This document shows positions 40,827 through 51,200 of a DNA stretch of 64,000 bases, piece by piece. The DNA is from a bacterium (GTDB lineage Bacteria > SAR324 > NAC60-12): positions 96,001 through 160,000 of the forward strand of contig CBDBHR010000027.1 in assembly GCA_965205865.1 (NCBI GenBank), written 5' to 3'. Position numbers and translations under genes: made by a program. Below the pieces are notes generated by a model. That model searched no databases. It had not been told where the DNA came from and saw only the letters and a list, made by a program, of their open reading frames with translations. How positions within the stretch are numbered: the stretch's first letter is position 1; every line of letters begins with the position of its first letter.

Positions 40827-42520
40827 TAGTGTCTGGCAGAAAAATACAATTTTACTAATAGGAGGTGTAGAACTCGCGAGAACAGCCATTCTTGAACAAG
40901 CCATATTTTAGATAGCTGAAGCTATTTTTCTTTGAGATCCCCACTTTTTTGTTAACCCCCCTTTTTTTGGACACTCGCCCCCCCTCCCAGCCTCCCCTTT
41001 TGTTTCAGAATGGGGAGTCACTCTTGGGTTCAGGCCGCTTTTTTGTAGGGTCCTCGTTTACGACGCTGCCGTTCTTTTTGCTGTTCACGCAGGACGGTGC
41101 CGAGACGGTGGATGTTTTTTGCAAGTACAGCCAGAGCGACATAGCGTTCGAACCATGGTTTCGTTGAAGCGCGCCCTGCGAATGATTTGGCTCATGAGTT
41201 TTTTTGCAGAGCCCATGTACTCCCGTAAGCGCAGCAGTTTCAAGGGGGAGCGCACCCGTTTTTCCAAAAGTTCCAGGCGCGTCTGGGCCCGCAGGTGATA
41301 CGCTTGGGCCATGAGGAGGTATTTGAGATATTCCTTGCGCCTCTTTTCTTCGCGGGCACGCCTTATTTGCTGAGCTTTCGAAGTTGAGGTCCTGAGCTTT
41401 TGGATGAGACGATACTGCTTTTTGAACTGCCAGGTGTTGTTCCTGTATTGTCGCCAGCCAGCCAGCTGGCAACTCCGTGAAAGCCTGGCGCATTCTTCAA
41501 TCGTCTTGCGTATGGCGTCGAAGAGCAGGTTGACGTCGGTCGGATAATGCGCATTGGTTTCAACCACAAAGGAGTCGCAGCGTGCACGTAGCGCCCTGCT
41601 TGAATCATGAAATTCAACTTTCTTCTCCGTCCGAACTCGGGGTGCCCCATCTTTTGGGGCGTTTTTTTTTACCAGTTCATGTCCGGCTTTGACTACCAAC
41701 TGATTGATCTCATCGAGAATCTCAGGCGTGAAAAGACGCAGGTTATCCTTGATCGTCTGCCGGTTGTACGTCGTTATGTCCTCCCCGGCAAAGGACCTCC
41801 CGACCTCCATGTCCGAGCATCTGCCGGATGGTGTCGTGATGGTTAGCCAACTCATGGATACGGTCGTAATCGCTGTTGAGACTCGGGCGCAGTACGCCAA
41901 GCGCCAGAATCTTCCACTGCTCCATCCCGGGACGCCCAAGACGGGGGTCCGCTTTGCGATGCCTGTCTTCGTTGCTCAGGCCCGGACCGCTTCGCGAGGG
42001 GATGACCCGTTCCGGAACCTTGAATACCGATGCGCGTAATGCTGGCGAGGCGTATATGTATTGCAAACCGCGAAGGATAGGGGGGATGTCATCACGAGAC
42101 TTGAGATCCAACTCGATGGCGGCAACGTCGACTTCGCCGAAATTCATCTGGGGCTCACGTATGGTGCGCATAAAATTTCAAATCTTGAAGATTTACGGAA
42201 AAACGAAAGAAACCAGTCAGAAGATACTGTAACTGCAACGATTGACCCTTCATGCGAGGTGGCGCGCACTCGGGTTTTTTCAAATCTTCGCGTCATAAAT
42301 ATCAGTTTATCATCTTGATATAATTAATGAAAGACTTTACATGATATTTAATGGTATTCACCTATTTTTAAGAAACGAAGATTTTGGAAAAACTCATCAA
42401 AGATTCCATTTTTTGCTGATTTTGGCCATCTGAACACTGCATCAAACCAATCTTCATCCTGTGAAATTGAAGAATTATCATTTAATATCAGCAATTTGAG
42501 TATTTTTCGGCCAAGCACTA
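40827..42520 (-). mobile_element. Defective ISNCY-type element; transposase frameshifted and truncated (about 41160-42171)
   Basis: TIR TAGTGTCTGGCAGAAAAATAC/TAGTGCTTGGCCGAAAAATAC; KSRDDIP..LRGLQ and RCDSFVVETNAHYPTD motifs lie in two frames. Confidence 0.85.
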
Positions 42521-42619
42521 TTTAAACTGAAAATTCCTCAAATCCTTGCTATAGAGAGATCTACTTGTCGCCCTCCATTGTCTTTCCACAACAATCCAAA
42601 AACCCCTTCTCTGAACAAT

Positions 42620-43189
42620 ATGCATCGTAACCCCCTGCTCAAACTCCTGCGGGAATATCTGGTCTCTCACCAACATGAACAGGATATAACCAACCATTTC
42701 CTGCAATTTGTCTCTTCTCAAGCAAATTGTTTTGAGCGCACTTTGCAAATCGGACATATCACAGGATCAGCCTGGTTGGTAAATGCGACAGGGACTCACG
42801 TGTTGTTGACCCACCACCGGAAACTGGACAAGTGGCTGCAGTTGGGAGGTCATGCCGATGGCGATCCGGACTTGTGGCGAGTCACTTTGAGGGAAGTACG
42901 GGAAGAATCGGGATTGAGAAATTTCAACCTGGTTTTTGAAAACATTTTTGACTTGGACATTCATCATATTTCGCGCCTTGGCAACGAAGCGGAACATCTG
43001 CATTACGATGTCCGCTTTGCCATGCAGGCGACCGAGTCCACACAATATGTAGTCAGCGAGGAGTCCCATGATTTGTCCTGGTTCGCCATCAAAAACCTGC
43101 AAGCATTCACCAAAGAGGAATCAATCTTGCGCATGGCCCGCAAATGGTTGACTCATGTAAGCCATTCTACTCGGTTACGCTGGTCCTGA
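42620..43189 (+). CDS. NUDIX hydrolase
   Basis: GHITGSAW, WLQLGGHADG..REVREESGL and HLHYDVRF motifs. Confidence 0.92.
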   Translation: MHRNPLLKLLREYLVSHQHEQDITNHFLQFVSSQANCFERTLQIGHITGSAWLVNATGTHVLLTHHRKLDKWLQLGGHADGDPDLWRVTLREVREESGLRNFNLVFENIFDLDIHHISRLGNEAEHLHYDVRFAMQATESTQYVVSEESHDLSWFAIKNLQAFTKEESILRMARKWLTHVSHSTRLRWS

Positions 43190-43464
43190 ACGGCAGATGA
43201 CGAGGAATGAGCTGCTGAAAAGATCGACTCGACTACATTATAATAGTGATGTTATTCTGGTATACGCAAAGTTCACAATCGTAACTCCCTCGAAAAAAGA
43301 ACAAACATGGCAGAAAAGAATGGCAGAATTTATCATGAAATACGATGCGGAAAGGAGATCTGATGACTCAGATTACAAAAAGAAACGTATGCGGGCTGAA
43401 AGGCTGTTTTCGGAGTGGATTCACGGATTGTGGCAAGAATCACGAAGAGAGAGGTGGGTGAAAA

Positions 43465-44892
43465 ATGGAACATAGTGCAAAGCCAGCACCCGGTGCAACG
43501 TTTCGATTCAAAAATATCGGACCCGTGAAAGACGCCGAACTCGAGCTTGGCGATCTGACCATAATCGCCGGCCGCAACAACACCGGCAAGACGTACATCG
43601 TCTATACCCTCTATGGTTTCCTGAAGATGTTGAATTCGTCTAATTTCCATCTTTTCTTGATGGACAAGAGATTCCCTGATGCTCAGTTCCCTGATTTAAG
43701 GAGCATCGCGGAGAAGCTTCTCCAAGAAGATCACGCCAGCCTTTTGCTGGATGAACAAATCCTTGAACGGCAAGGGAGGGAAGTGATTCAGGCAATCGCC
43801 CGTACTTTCTCGAAAGAATTTTTGCCCGGAGTGTTCAGTTCCCAGCACCATGATTTCGAAGGAGCCTCCATAGAGGTGAATCTCCACGAAGACAATGCTA
43901 ACAATCTCCGGCCTTTAAAAGTGAACGCCGAAGGAGTTATCCTTTCAATCGAGCATGATGGAAAGGAACTTCGAATAAGTCTTGAGAAGCAAGATAAGAA
44001 AGCTAATATCTACGACCTGCGTTTCCATATTGCTTATATTTACTTGATGTTTTTGTGTGGAGATCTATTTCCTGAGCCTTTCATCCTTTCTGCCGAACGT
44101 TTCGGAATATCGCTTTTCTACAGAGAACTGGACTTCACCAAGAACCAATTGGTCGACCTGTTGCAGAAATTGGGCGACGACAAAAACAGGGAGAGGATTT
44201 CTCCCTATCTGTTCATAGACAAAGCGACTAGCCGCTACGCGATGCCGATCAAGGACAACATCGACTATACGAGAAGCATTCCCGACCGGAGAGGAAACAT
44301 AAGCGAGATCCATGACCACAAACTTTTCGACCATATCAAGGATATGATGGACGGCTATTACAGGGCCTCCGGTGACGAAATACGTTTCATCTCGAAGTCG
44401 CGCGGCAAAGGGCGCAGTTTTAACATCCCCTTGCATCTTGCGTCCTCCTCGGCCCGTGGATTGTCGGATTTCTACTTTTTCCTGCAGCACGTTGCGAAAA
44501 AGGGGAATCTTCTCATCATCGACGAACCGGAAAGTCATCTCGACACCGCCAACCAGATTCAGTTGGCGCGGTTACTGGGGCGCTTCGTGCGGGCCGGTTT
44601 GAAGGTGCTCATCACCACGCACAGCGACTACCTCATCAAGGAGTTCAACAACCTCGTCATGCTGAGCAAATCGTTTGCGGATAAGGAAGCGGTTGTCAGG
44701 AAGTTGAAGTACCAGGCAGACGACTTCCTTTCTCCCGATTCCGTCCGCGCGTACGTAGCCGAGAATAATAGTCTGACCCGATGTAAGGTGGATGCGCTTG
44801 GCATCGATATGCCGGTCTTCGACAAAACCATCGACGAGATCAATAATGTGGCAAACGAGCTCGCATCGCGAGTATCGGATGATGCGGAGTAG
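43465..44892 (+). CDS. ABC-type/AAA_15-like ATPase (defence-associated type)
   Basis: Walker A GRNNTGKT; signature-like ASSSARG; Walker B IIDEPESHLD; H-loop TTHSDY. Confidence 0.88.
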   Translation: MEHSAKPAPGATFRFKNIGPVKDAELELGDLTIIAGRNNTGKTYIVYTLYGFLKMLNSSNFHLFLMDKRFPDAQFPDLRSIAEKLLQEDHASLLLDEQILERQGREVIQAIARTFSKEFLPGVFSSQHHDFEGASIEVNLHEDNANNLRPLKVNAEGVILSIEHDGKELRISLEKQDKKANIYDLRFHIAYIYLMFLCGDLFPEPFILSAERFGISLFYRELDFTKNQLVDLLQKLGDDKNRERISPYLFIDKATSRYAMPIKDNIDYTRSIPDRRGNISEIHDHKLFDHIKDMMDGYYRASGDEIRFISKSRGKGRSFNIPLHLASSSARGLSDFYFFLQHVAKKGNLLIIDEPESHLDTANQIQLARLLGRFVRAGLKVLITTHSDYLIKEFNNLVMLSKSFADKEAVVRKLKYQADDFLSPDSVRAYVAENNSLTRCKVDALGIDMPVFDKTIDEINNVANELASRVSDDAE

Positions 44893-44894
44893 AA

Positions 44895-45443
44895 ATGAGT
44901 ATTAGTTCTTGCCTCAAAGGGATTCTTGCTGATAAGGCGCTGTTATCGCCATCGTGCAAAGGCATGATGACTCTCATAGAAGAGAACAATGATATGGAAG
45001 TAGAAGTTTTTGGAGTCCCTTCTGACCTAACCGTTATAAACATGAAAATGATCGGTAGTTTATCGGGCCTGAAAGATGGGGAATGGAAGCAACGCTGCGA
45101 CTATCTGATAGTGCGAGAGGAAGAAGGCGTCGATCATGCCGTATTCGTTGAACTGAAACGAACCTTGAATAAAGACAAAAAGAAAGCATTGGATCAGCTG
45201 CGCAGGTCTGTTCCGTTCTTGGAGTACTTTCGCAGGATATGTGAACTTCAATTTACAGACGATCCTATCCAATCGGAAATAGCATTGCGGTATGTCATGA
45301 TCGGTGAGAGGATCAGTACGAGGTTTGACAAACAGCCTGTAAAGCCGGGTCAAAAGCTGCCTTCCGAGGAATTCAAGAACATAACGGTCACTCCGTTTGT
45401 CGTCAGATCAAGAATCGGTTTTGATCGTCTGTGGAGTGGATGA
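44895..45443 (+). CDS. Hypothetical protein with a PD-(D/E)xK-like motif, coupled to the ATPase
   Basis: RCDYLIV...FVELK..ALDQL; starts 2 bp after the ATPase stop. Confidence 0.65.
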   Translation: MSISSCLKGILADKALLSPSCKGMMTLIEENNDMEVEVFGVPSDLTVINMKMIGSLSGLKDGEWKQRCDYLIVREEEGVDHAVFVELKRTLNKDKKKALDQLRRSVPFLEYFRRICELQFTDDPIQSEIALRYVMIGERISTRFDKQPVKPGQKLPSEEFKNITVTPFVVRSRIGFDRLWSG

Positions 45444-45509
45444 GTCCCCTTCCGAGTCAATTCCCCTGACCATTCTATAATCCGGATAATCCTGCTACGG
45501 AAAACTTTC

Positions 45510-45981
45510 ACCACCACAATCTTTGCTGCCCGGTATCGTTCCTGCTCCGAAGGAGCGTCCCCCCGCTCCAACCAGACGAGAATGTCCTTGTCGGCCATCC
45601 TCCGGATAATCGCTGCCACCCTACCAAGGGCGCTGTCAGTTTCTTGCTGCAACATCCGAGGCGGTAACCTCTCATCCTTCTCCATGACCTTAAACAGTTT
45701 GGACGGCACGCCGGCGAGCCCGCTAAACCGGCCCACGGCGAGGGGTGGGCAGGTCGTCATCCGAAGGGTAGGCAAAATGTCAGGAGTGGCCCTTAGCAGC
45801 GCTACGCTAATGTCTGTCAGGTTTTGCGTGGCCTCCAGGGTAGCTTCAACTTCGCTTGTAGTCTGAGCGCGTGTATTCCGGTAGGCAACCGGCGCAAACC
45901 GAATGAACCAGTCGTTGTACATGTCCAACGGCTGTGCGATGTCGCCCTTCAATCTGCAGGTCTGTCTCTGTAAACCGCCAT
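45510..45981 (-). pseudogene. XamI-family restriction endonuclease, frameshifted near the start and truncated
   Basis: YNDWFIRFAP.AYR.TR and LRMTTCPP motifs; ATG at 45981 is out of frame with the body. Confidence 0.75.
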
Positions 45982-46065
45982 CGCCTAATTTCCCGTTCTG
46001 TGGAGCTTCCCATCGAACAGCGTGGTGTGCAGGTCCTCCGAGGTGCCCGCTGGATTACTTAAATA

Positions 46066-46281
46066 ACCTGAGTTCGAGATAAGAATTTAATAAATTCAAT
46101 ATGTTATGGAATCTTCATATCTTAGAGAAACCTTGTCATTCCTGCGAAAGCGGGAATCCGGAGGTATGCAGCCAGACTGAAATCCGGATCCCCGCTCCCC
46201 CCTTTCGCGGGGACAAGTTTCACGAGGATGACATATACACTAGGAAACTCATATTATTGAAGATTTATGTCGAACACAGTT
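46066..46281 (+). mobile_element. MITE family A, copy 5 (216 bp)
   Basis: TIRs present; TAAATA duplication. Confidence 0.9.
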
Positions 46282-46643
46282 TAAATAGAATTTGAACAGA
46301 CCATCAATAATCCCGCGGTAGTCAGTCAGGGGCGGTGACTTGCTATGGAACTCTTCGTCCGCCTTAAGAAAGTCGGTCCGATCGTCCGGGACATGGAATA
46401 CGGCATTTCGGAATCGTGAGAATGTTGCCAGAGAGTCCTTCGTAATCCGCTCCTCGATCTCTCTGCGTTTCAGCTCAGGTCTGTTTGAAATTACCTGTTC
46501 ATATTCACGAAGAGGTTCCGCCAGAAGAGCTGAAGATACTATGATCGGCGATGTTCGCAACTCAGCCTGCCTATAATCCCTTACCATCTCGAGCGGCAGA
46601 ATCTCTTGCGCCAATTCTCGCACCATTTCATCACTGTACAAAA

Positions 46644-46719
46644 TACGCGCGAGACCTACCAGGGAACCTGGACTCGAAGTCTACGCGCGAGACCTACCAG
46701 GGAACCTGGACTCGAAGTC
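46644..46719 (+). repeat. Perfect 38-bp tandem duplication
   Basis: TACGCGCGAGACCTACCAGGGAACCTGGACTCGAAGTC x2. Confidence 0.95.
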
Positions 46720-48201
46720 TGCGACTATGGCCGAATAGGATTCGTTGAAAATAATGAGCGAGCGAACCAACAGGTCGATGAAGCCGGACCGATTCCGTTT
46801 TACATATTTGGGGAGCGCCTGCCCAGCCCATGCCGGTTGGCTTTCTGTCGGAGGCGCGGGTATGAATGACGACAACTCTCGATGTATTGGAGTCTGAACG
46901 GAATCTCTGCTCTTGGTGTAAGGACGCTCCGGAAGGGGCAGAGCGAGAGCGTCCATCGTCTTCTCCCATTGGGCGACTCGCCGTCGTTGCGATGCAGTTA
47001 GCAAAAAGTTAGGCTTGACATTCAGAGCAAGAGATTCGTTGGAATCCAGTAACTTATCCAACCATTTTCTTGTAGCTGCCTTTGCTTCGGCACTCCTGCT
47101 CTTGGTTATCAGGTCATTCACCCTGTCCACTCTTCTTCGAGTGAATTCAAAGATTTCCTCATCTGACTGCTTCGACATTTCGTCAGCCTGCGATTCTCCC
47201 ATTGAAGCACGAAACCACTCCAGGTAATCGTCGATCAGATTCTGCATTGTGACAAGCGCGACCACGGGGTCCGGAGCAGCCCGTCCGGCATCCACCATAA
47301 ATTGCCGAAGATAGTCTTGATGGGTCGTCTCCTTCAGAGGGTGCAGGAGCGCGTGGCGGACCTCCTTGAGTGATTGGAACAAAGCCTGGTGTGACGCAAG
47401 GTATTCCTTTAGAGGTGCGTAAACAAGTGTCGTGTGCTCTTGCGAGACCGTCATGTAGTGCTCAATCTCGGCACAGAGCAGGCACATGTAAATTTCCCAC
47501 GGAACCCATGTCGCAATCCCTAGCAGCCAGCGGTTGGTATCAGTCTTTTCCAACCCTTGATCTTCCAGCATTCTGTCCTGGACGAGGATGCGGGACGCCT
47601 CGTCGGCCGTATTCGCTATGCCCAACTGTTCACAAGCTGTGGTCAGGTGGTCCATGTTGCGGAAGGCAATGACGCGTATGCCTTCCGTAATCCCACAGCG
47701 GTGATCCCGCATTTTCACGTAGTATTTCAGCAGGCGGGTGTCAATGCTTGCTACGGCGCTTTGCTTGGTCATGGGCGCACTCAGGTGAGTATCAGCGACA
47801 ATTTCAAAACCTTCATTTGCCTAGGTCACCCCTCGTTACGAAAATGTCCATATAGGAAATTTAAAAATATGTAGAAGACCCTATCAATTTAAAATGGGTG
47901 CGTAAAGGGAAATTTAGGAAGGATTTTATTGATTTTTGTCAAGATTCTTGACGGATGTGCGGCCTAATGTATTTTTTCCGCTTTTTTTGTGTTCTGGTCG
48001 GAAAATGCTGGATTTTAGTCATTGTGGTACCTGGGGTTTAAGCCCCTCATTCTTCATCAGCAAAATAGCCTTTGTCCGCAGGGAATTTCTTCCCAAAGTC
48101 AAAGGAGCCTTCTGGCTCAGATGCAGTGATAGAAGGCAATGGGGGGCTCCTTTGGTTCTCTTCACCAAATTTTTTCAGTCTATAATCCCGATGCGGACAA
48201 C

Positions 48202-51200
48202 TTACACCTTCACCACCGTCTCGGTGTCACCAGCGGCGAGGGCGTTCATGTAGGCAAGGATCATGGTTTTGGTGCGGTAGTGGCCGAACACGGCTTTGTC
48301 TTGTTTGCGGACGATGGGGAAGGTATCGAGGATATAAGCGGCGTCCTCCCGGTCGAGACCGTAGAGGTGGAAGTAGAGCGCGTCGAGGCGCGCGCGCAGG
48401 TGGCGACGCTCTTCTTCGTTCCAGATAAACGGCGGACCGTCGTGACCGAGGTCACGGGCGAAGGGCGCCATGTCGTGGGCCGTGTAGGTGAGCCTGAGCA
48501 CGTGGTCGCACACCAACTCGTGGGCGGTCATATCGCCGAATCGTCGCTCATAGCTGTCACGTGCTATGACTGGAAGTTGCTCAATCAGGAACAAATTCAA
48601 ATTTTGACCCTGCACTTTTTGTCGTGTCACAAAATCGAAAGCGAATGCATTTAGATTTGCGACAAGTAAATGTCCTGACCATTCTTTGCTAGGGATAATT
48701 TCGGATATGAATATCGGGACACTATTCCCAAAACCGGCACGAGGCGCTAGAGCGGCAATCATAGTTCGCATGTTGGTCGATGCCGTTACATGCTTAATTA
48801 CGATGGTCCACTCTGCTCCCTCTGGCCATGAGCATGAGTTTTCACACACCCAAAACTGTGGGTTCGGCAACCAACCAGGATTTACATGCTGAGCATTCGT
48901 TGCTTCCTGCGGCTGAGCGGGTCGGTTTAAATTATCCGGATTGACGACTACACTCGCCGCCCGGTGGTCGAACGCTTGCACCATTTTTCCTTCGTAAAGT
49001 GGCAGATACAATTCCTTCCCTCGTTTCCAGCGGTTACCCTGAACGGGGTAGAAACCCTCGGCTTCGAGTTGCGCGGCGGTTCGAAAGAGGTGGGAATCGT
49101 TGGTCATGTGGAACATAGTATGATACCGGACCGGCCAAGCCTTGCGCTCCTCGCCCTGTGAGCGGTCCACCAGCACCGGATGATTTTCGTAGATGCGAAG
49201 AGTTATCTCGGCGTCGCGACGGGTACGGAAGACGGGGGCGGTGCCGGTATTGGGATTGACCCGGGCGAAATCCTCAGGTGTGAGCGGGAAGCAGCGCTGC
49301 GGGTCGTTGATGGCCGCGGTCTCGCGCAGGAAAAAAGCGCAGCTCGTCTCGTCGAATCGTCGCTGCTCGCCACCGAATATCAATGCGCAAAACTTGAAAG
49401 AAGCGTGAATGTCCTTGAAGAAAATTTTCTTATTCTCGAAATCAAACAAGCCGGCAACGCGCTCAGCGCTGGAGACCGATTTGAAGAATTGGGCAGCAGT
49501 CTTATCGGCGTAGATACCGGATGGGATGAGGAGACCGACGATGCCATCGGGCTTGACGAGGCTCATGGCACGCTCGACGAAAAGGGAGTAGAGGTTGATG
49601 TCGCCTCCACCGAGCAACGGATAGTTGCCGGAGGCGCGAAACCATTGGCCTAACTTATCCGCCCGCTCCTTCGCCGCGTCGAATTTCTCTGCAAGAGGAT
49701 CTCCCTGATGACGTAATTGCTGAATACCGTTTCTCCGCGCAGCGGCAGTGGCGGCGTGGGCCAACTCAGGGACGCGAGTGGCAAACCACTCCACCTCCTG
49801 CAATTTGATGCGGTCCCACGGCGGATTACCGATGACGGCGTCAAAACCACCCTGAGGGCGTTTGTTCTGCCAATATTGCCACACTCCAGGAAAAGCGACC
49901 TCCCAGTGCAGGAATTCCTCGCGGTCGGCAATGAAACGAGCCTCTCGCCATAGCTTGGCAAACCTCGACAATGGAGTGTCCCCGTCTTCGTGTACCTCCA
50001 CACCGGTGACATCCGGACCATGGGAGAGGAGAGCAAAGGCATTGTCCGTATACTGAGCAATTGGTTCTATCAATTGTTTCTCCTCAACCTCGTCGCGTTC
50101 TTTCTTTTTGAGATCCGAGGTCTGCCATCGAAAGCCGCAGAGAAAGTCGAGCAATCCGCGCAAATCCGCCGTCGTCTTATCAACGCCTTCAAAAAGCGTC
50201 GCCGATTTTTGCACCTCCGCGATATCAGCGTCGGACAATTCCTCGATGAGACGCATTCCATCAGTGGCAGTCTCGGCTCCGGCTATTGCGCTCGAGAGAA
50301 TCAGTTCGGCAATATTCCGTAAGTCATTGGTTGCCTGCGAAACGCGCAGACCAACCAACGAGTCTCCGCAGCGCAGGTGGTGGTCGAGGAAGGATAAGGG
50401 AGCGCCGACGGTGAAGCTGTGCAACCAGAGGGAAACCTTGGCCAATTCGACGCTCATGCGGTTTTTATCGACGCCGTAGATACAACGCTTGAGTACCATA
50501 CGGCGGATGATGGCCTGGTCCGTCAGCTGTGCCTCGTTCAAGACCCAGTTCGCTTCCCTGGCCCTACGGATGATGTCGCGGCGGATCACCGAGATGCGCT
50601 TCACCAACGGGGAAACGTATCCGTCGCTCAACCAATCAGGTACGGCGGGTACATACTCGATCAATTCGGCTATATAGTCGGAGAGGAAGTCCACGGCAGT
50701 GACGAGAAAGTGTCCACTGCCCATGGCCGGGTCGAGAATTTTAAGATTCAGGACGGCTTCGGCCGGGTCGAGCTTTTTCAATTCAACCAAGCGTTGGTTC
50801 TTGGGACGATGGTCACTTTTCAGGGCGATGGCCTTGTCTTCGAAAGCCTTCAGACGTTCTTCCGTCAACGGTTTCAGGGTGCGGTCGACAATCAGGTCCA
50901 CGAGTTCCTGGGGAGTATAGAAGCTGCCGCTGTCCTTGCGGGCGTAGGAGTTGGGACGGATGGAGACATTGCCGTCCGCATCAAGGGAGGGGTCACGTTC
51001 CAGCAGCCGTTCGTAGATCGAACCGAGTTGCTGCACCGACATGTCTCGGTAATTGACGAAACGGCGCGTTTTATTCGTATCCGTGTGGCTCAGGTCGTAG
51101 ATGATGGGGGCGATTTTCGCGTCGGCGAGGTGGACCTCCTCCAATAAGGAAGCGGTTTCAGAAGCGAAAAGTCCACCATTGTAGGGTGGCAGACCGATGG

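Larger units (their letters stand above)
45985..47772 (-). pseudogene. Disrupted gene of about 520 aa with two RxxxxH (HEPN-like) motifs
   Basis: ORFs 46681-47772 and 46249-46641 are in the same frame, split at a 38-bp duplication; 3' end is interrupted by MITE A. Confidence 0.65.

Noticed and set aside
43197-43475. 92-aa ORF upstream of the ATPase
   Set aside because: It has no recognisable motif or RBS and is likely spurious.
45985-47772. Cas13-like effector because of the two RxxxxH motifs
   Set aside because: It is much shorter than known Cas13 proteins and has no CRISPR array nearby.
47800-48180. Possible IS end or remnant between the HEPN-like gene and the R-M gene
   Set aside because: Only a short end-like sequence is present, with no partner repeat or transposase motif.
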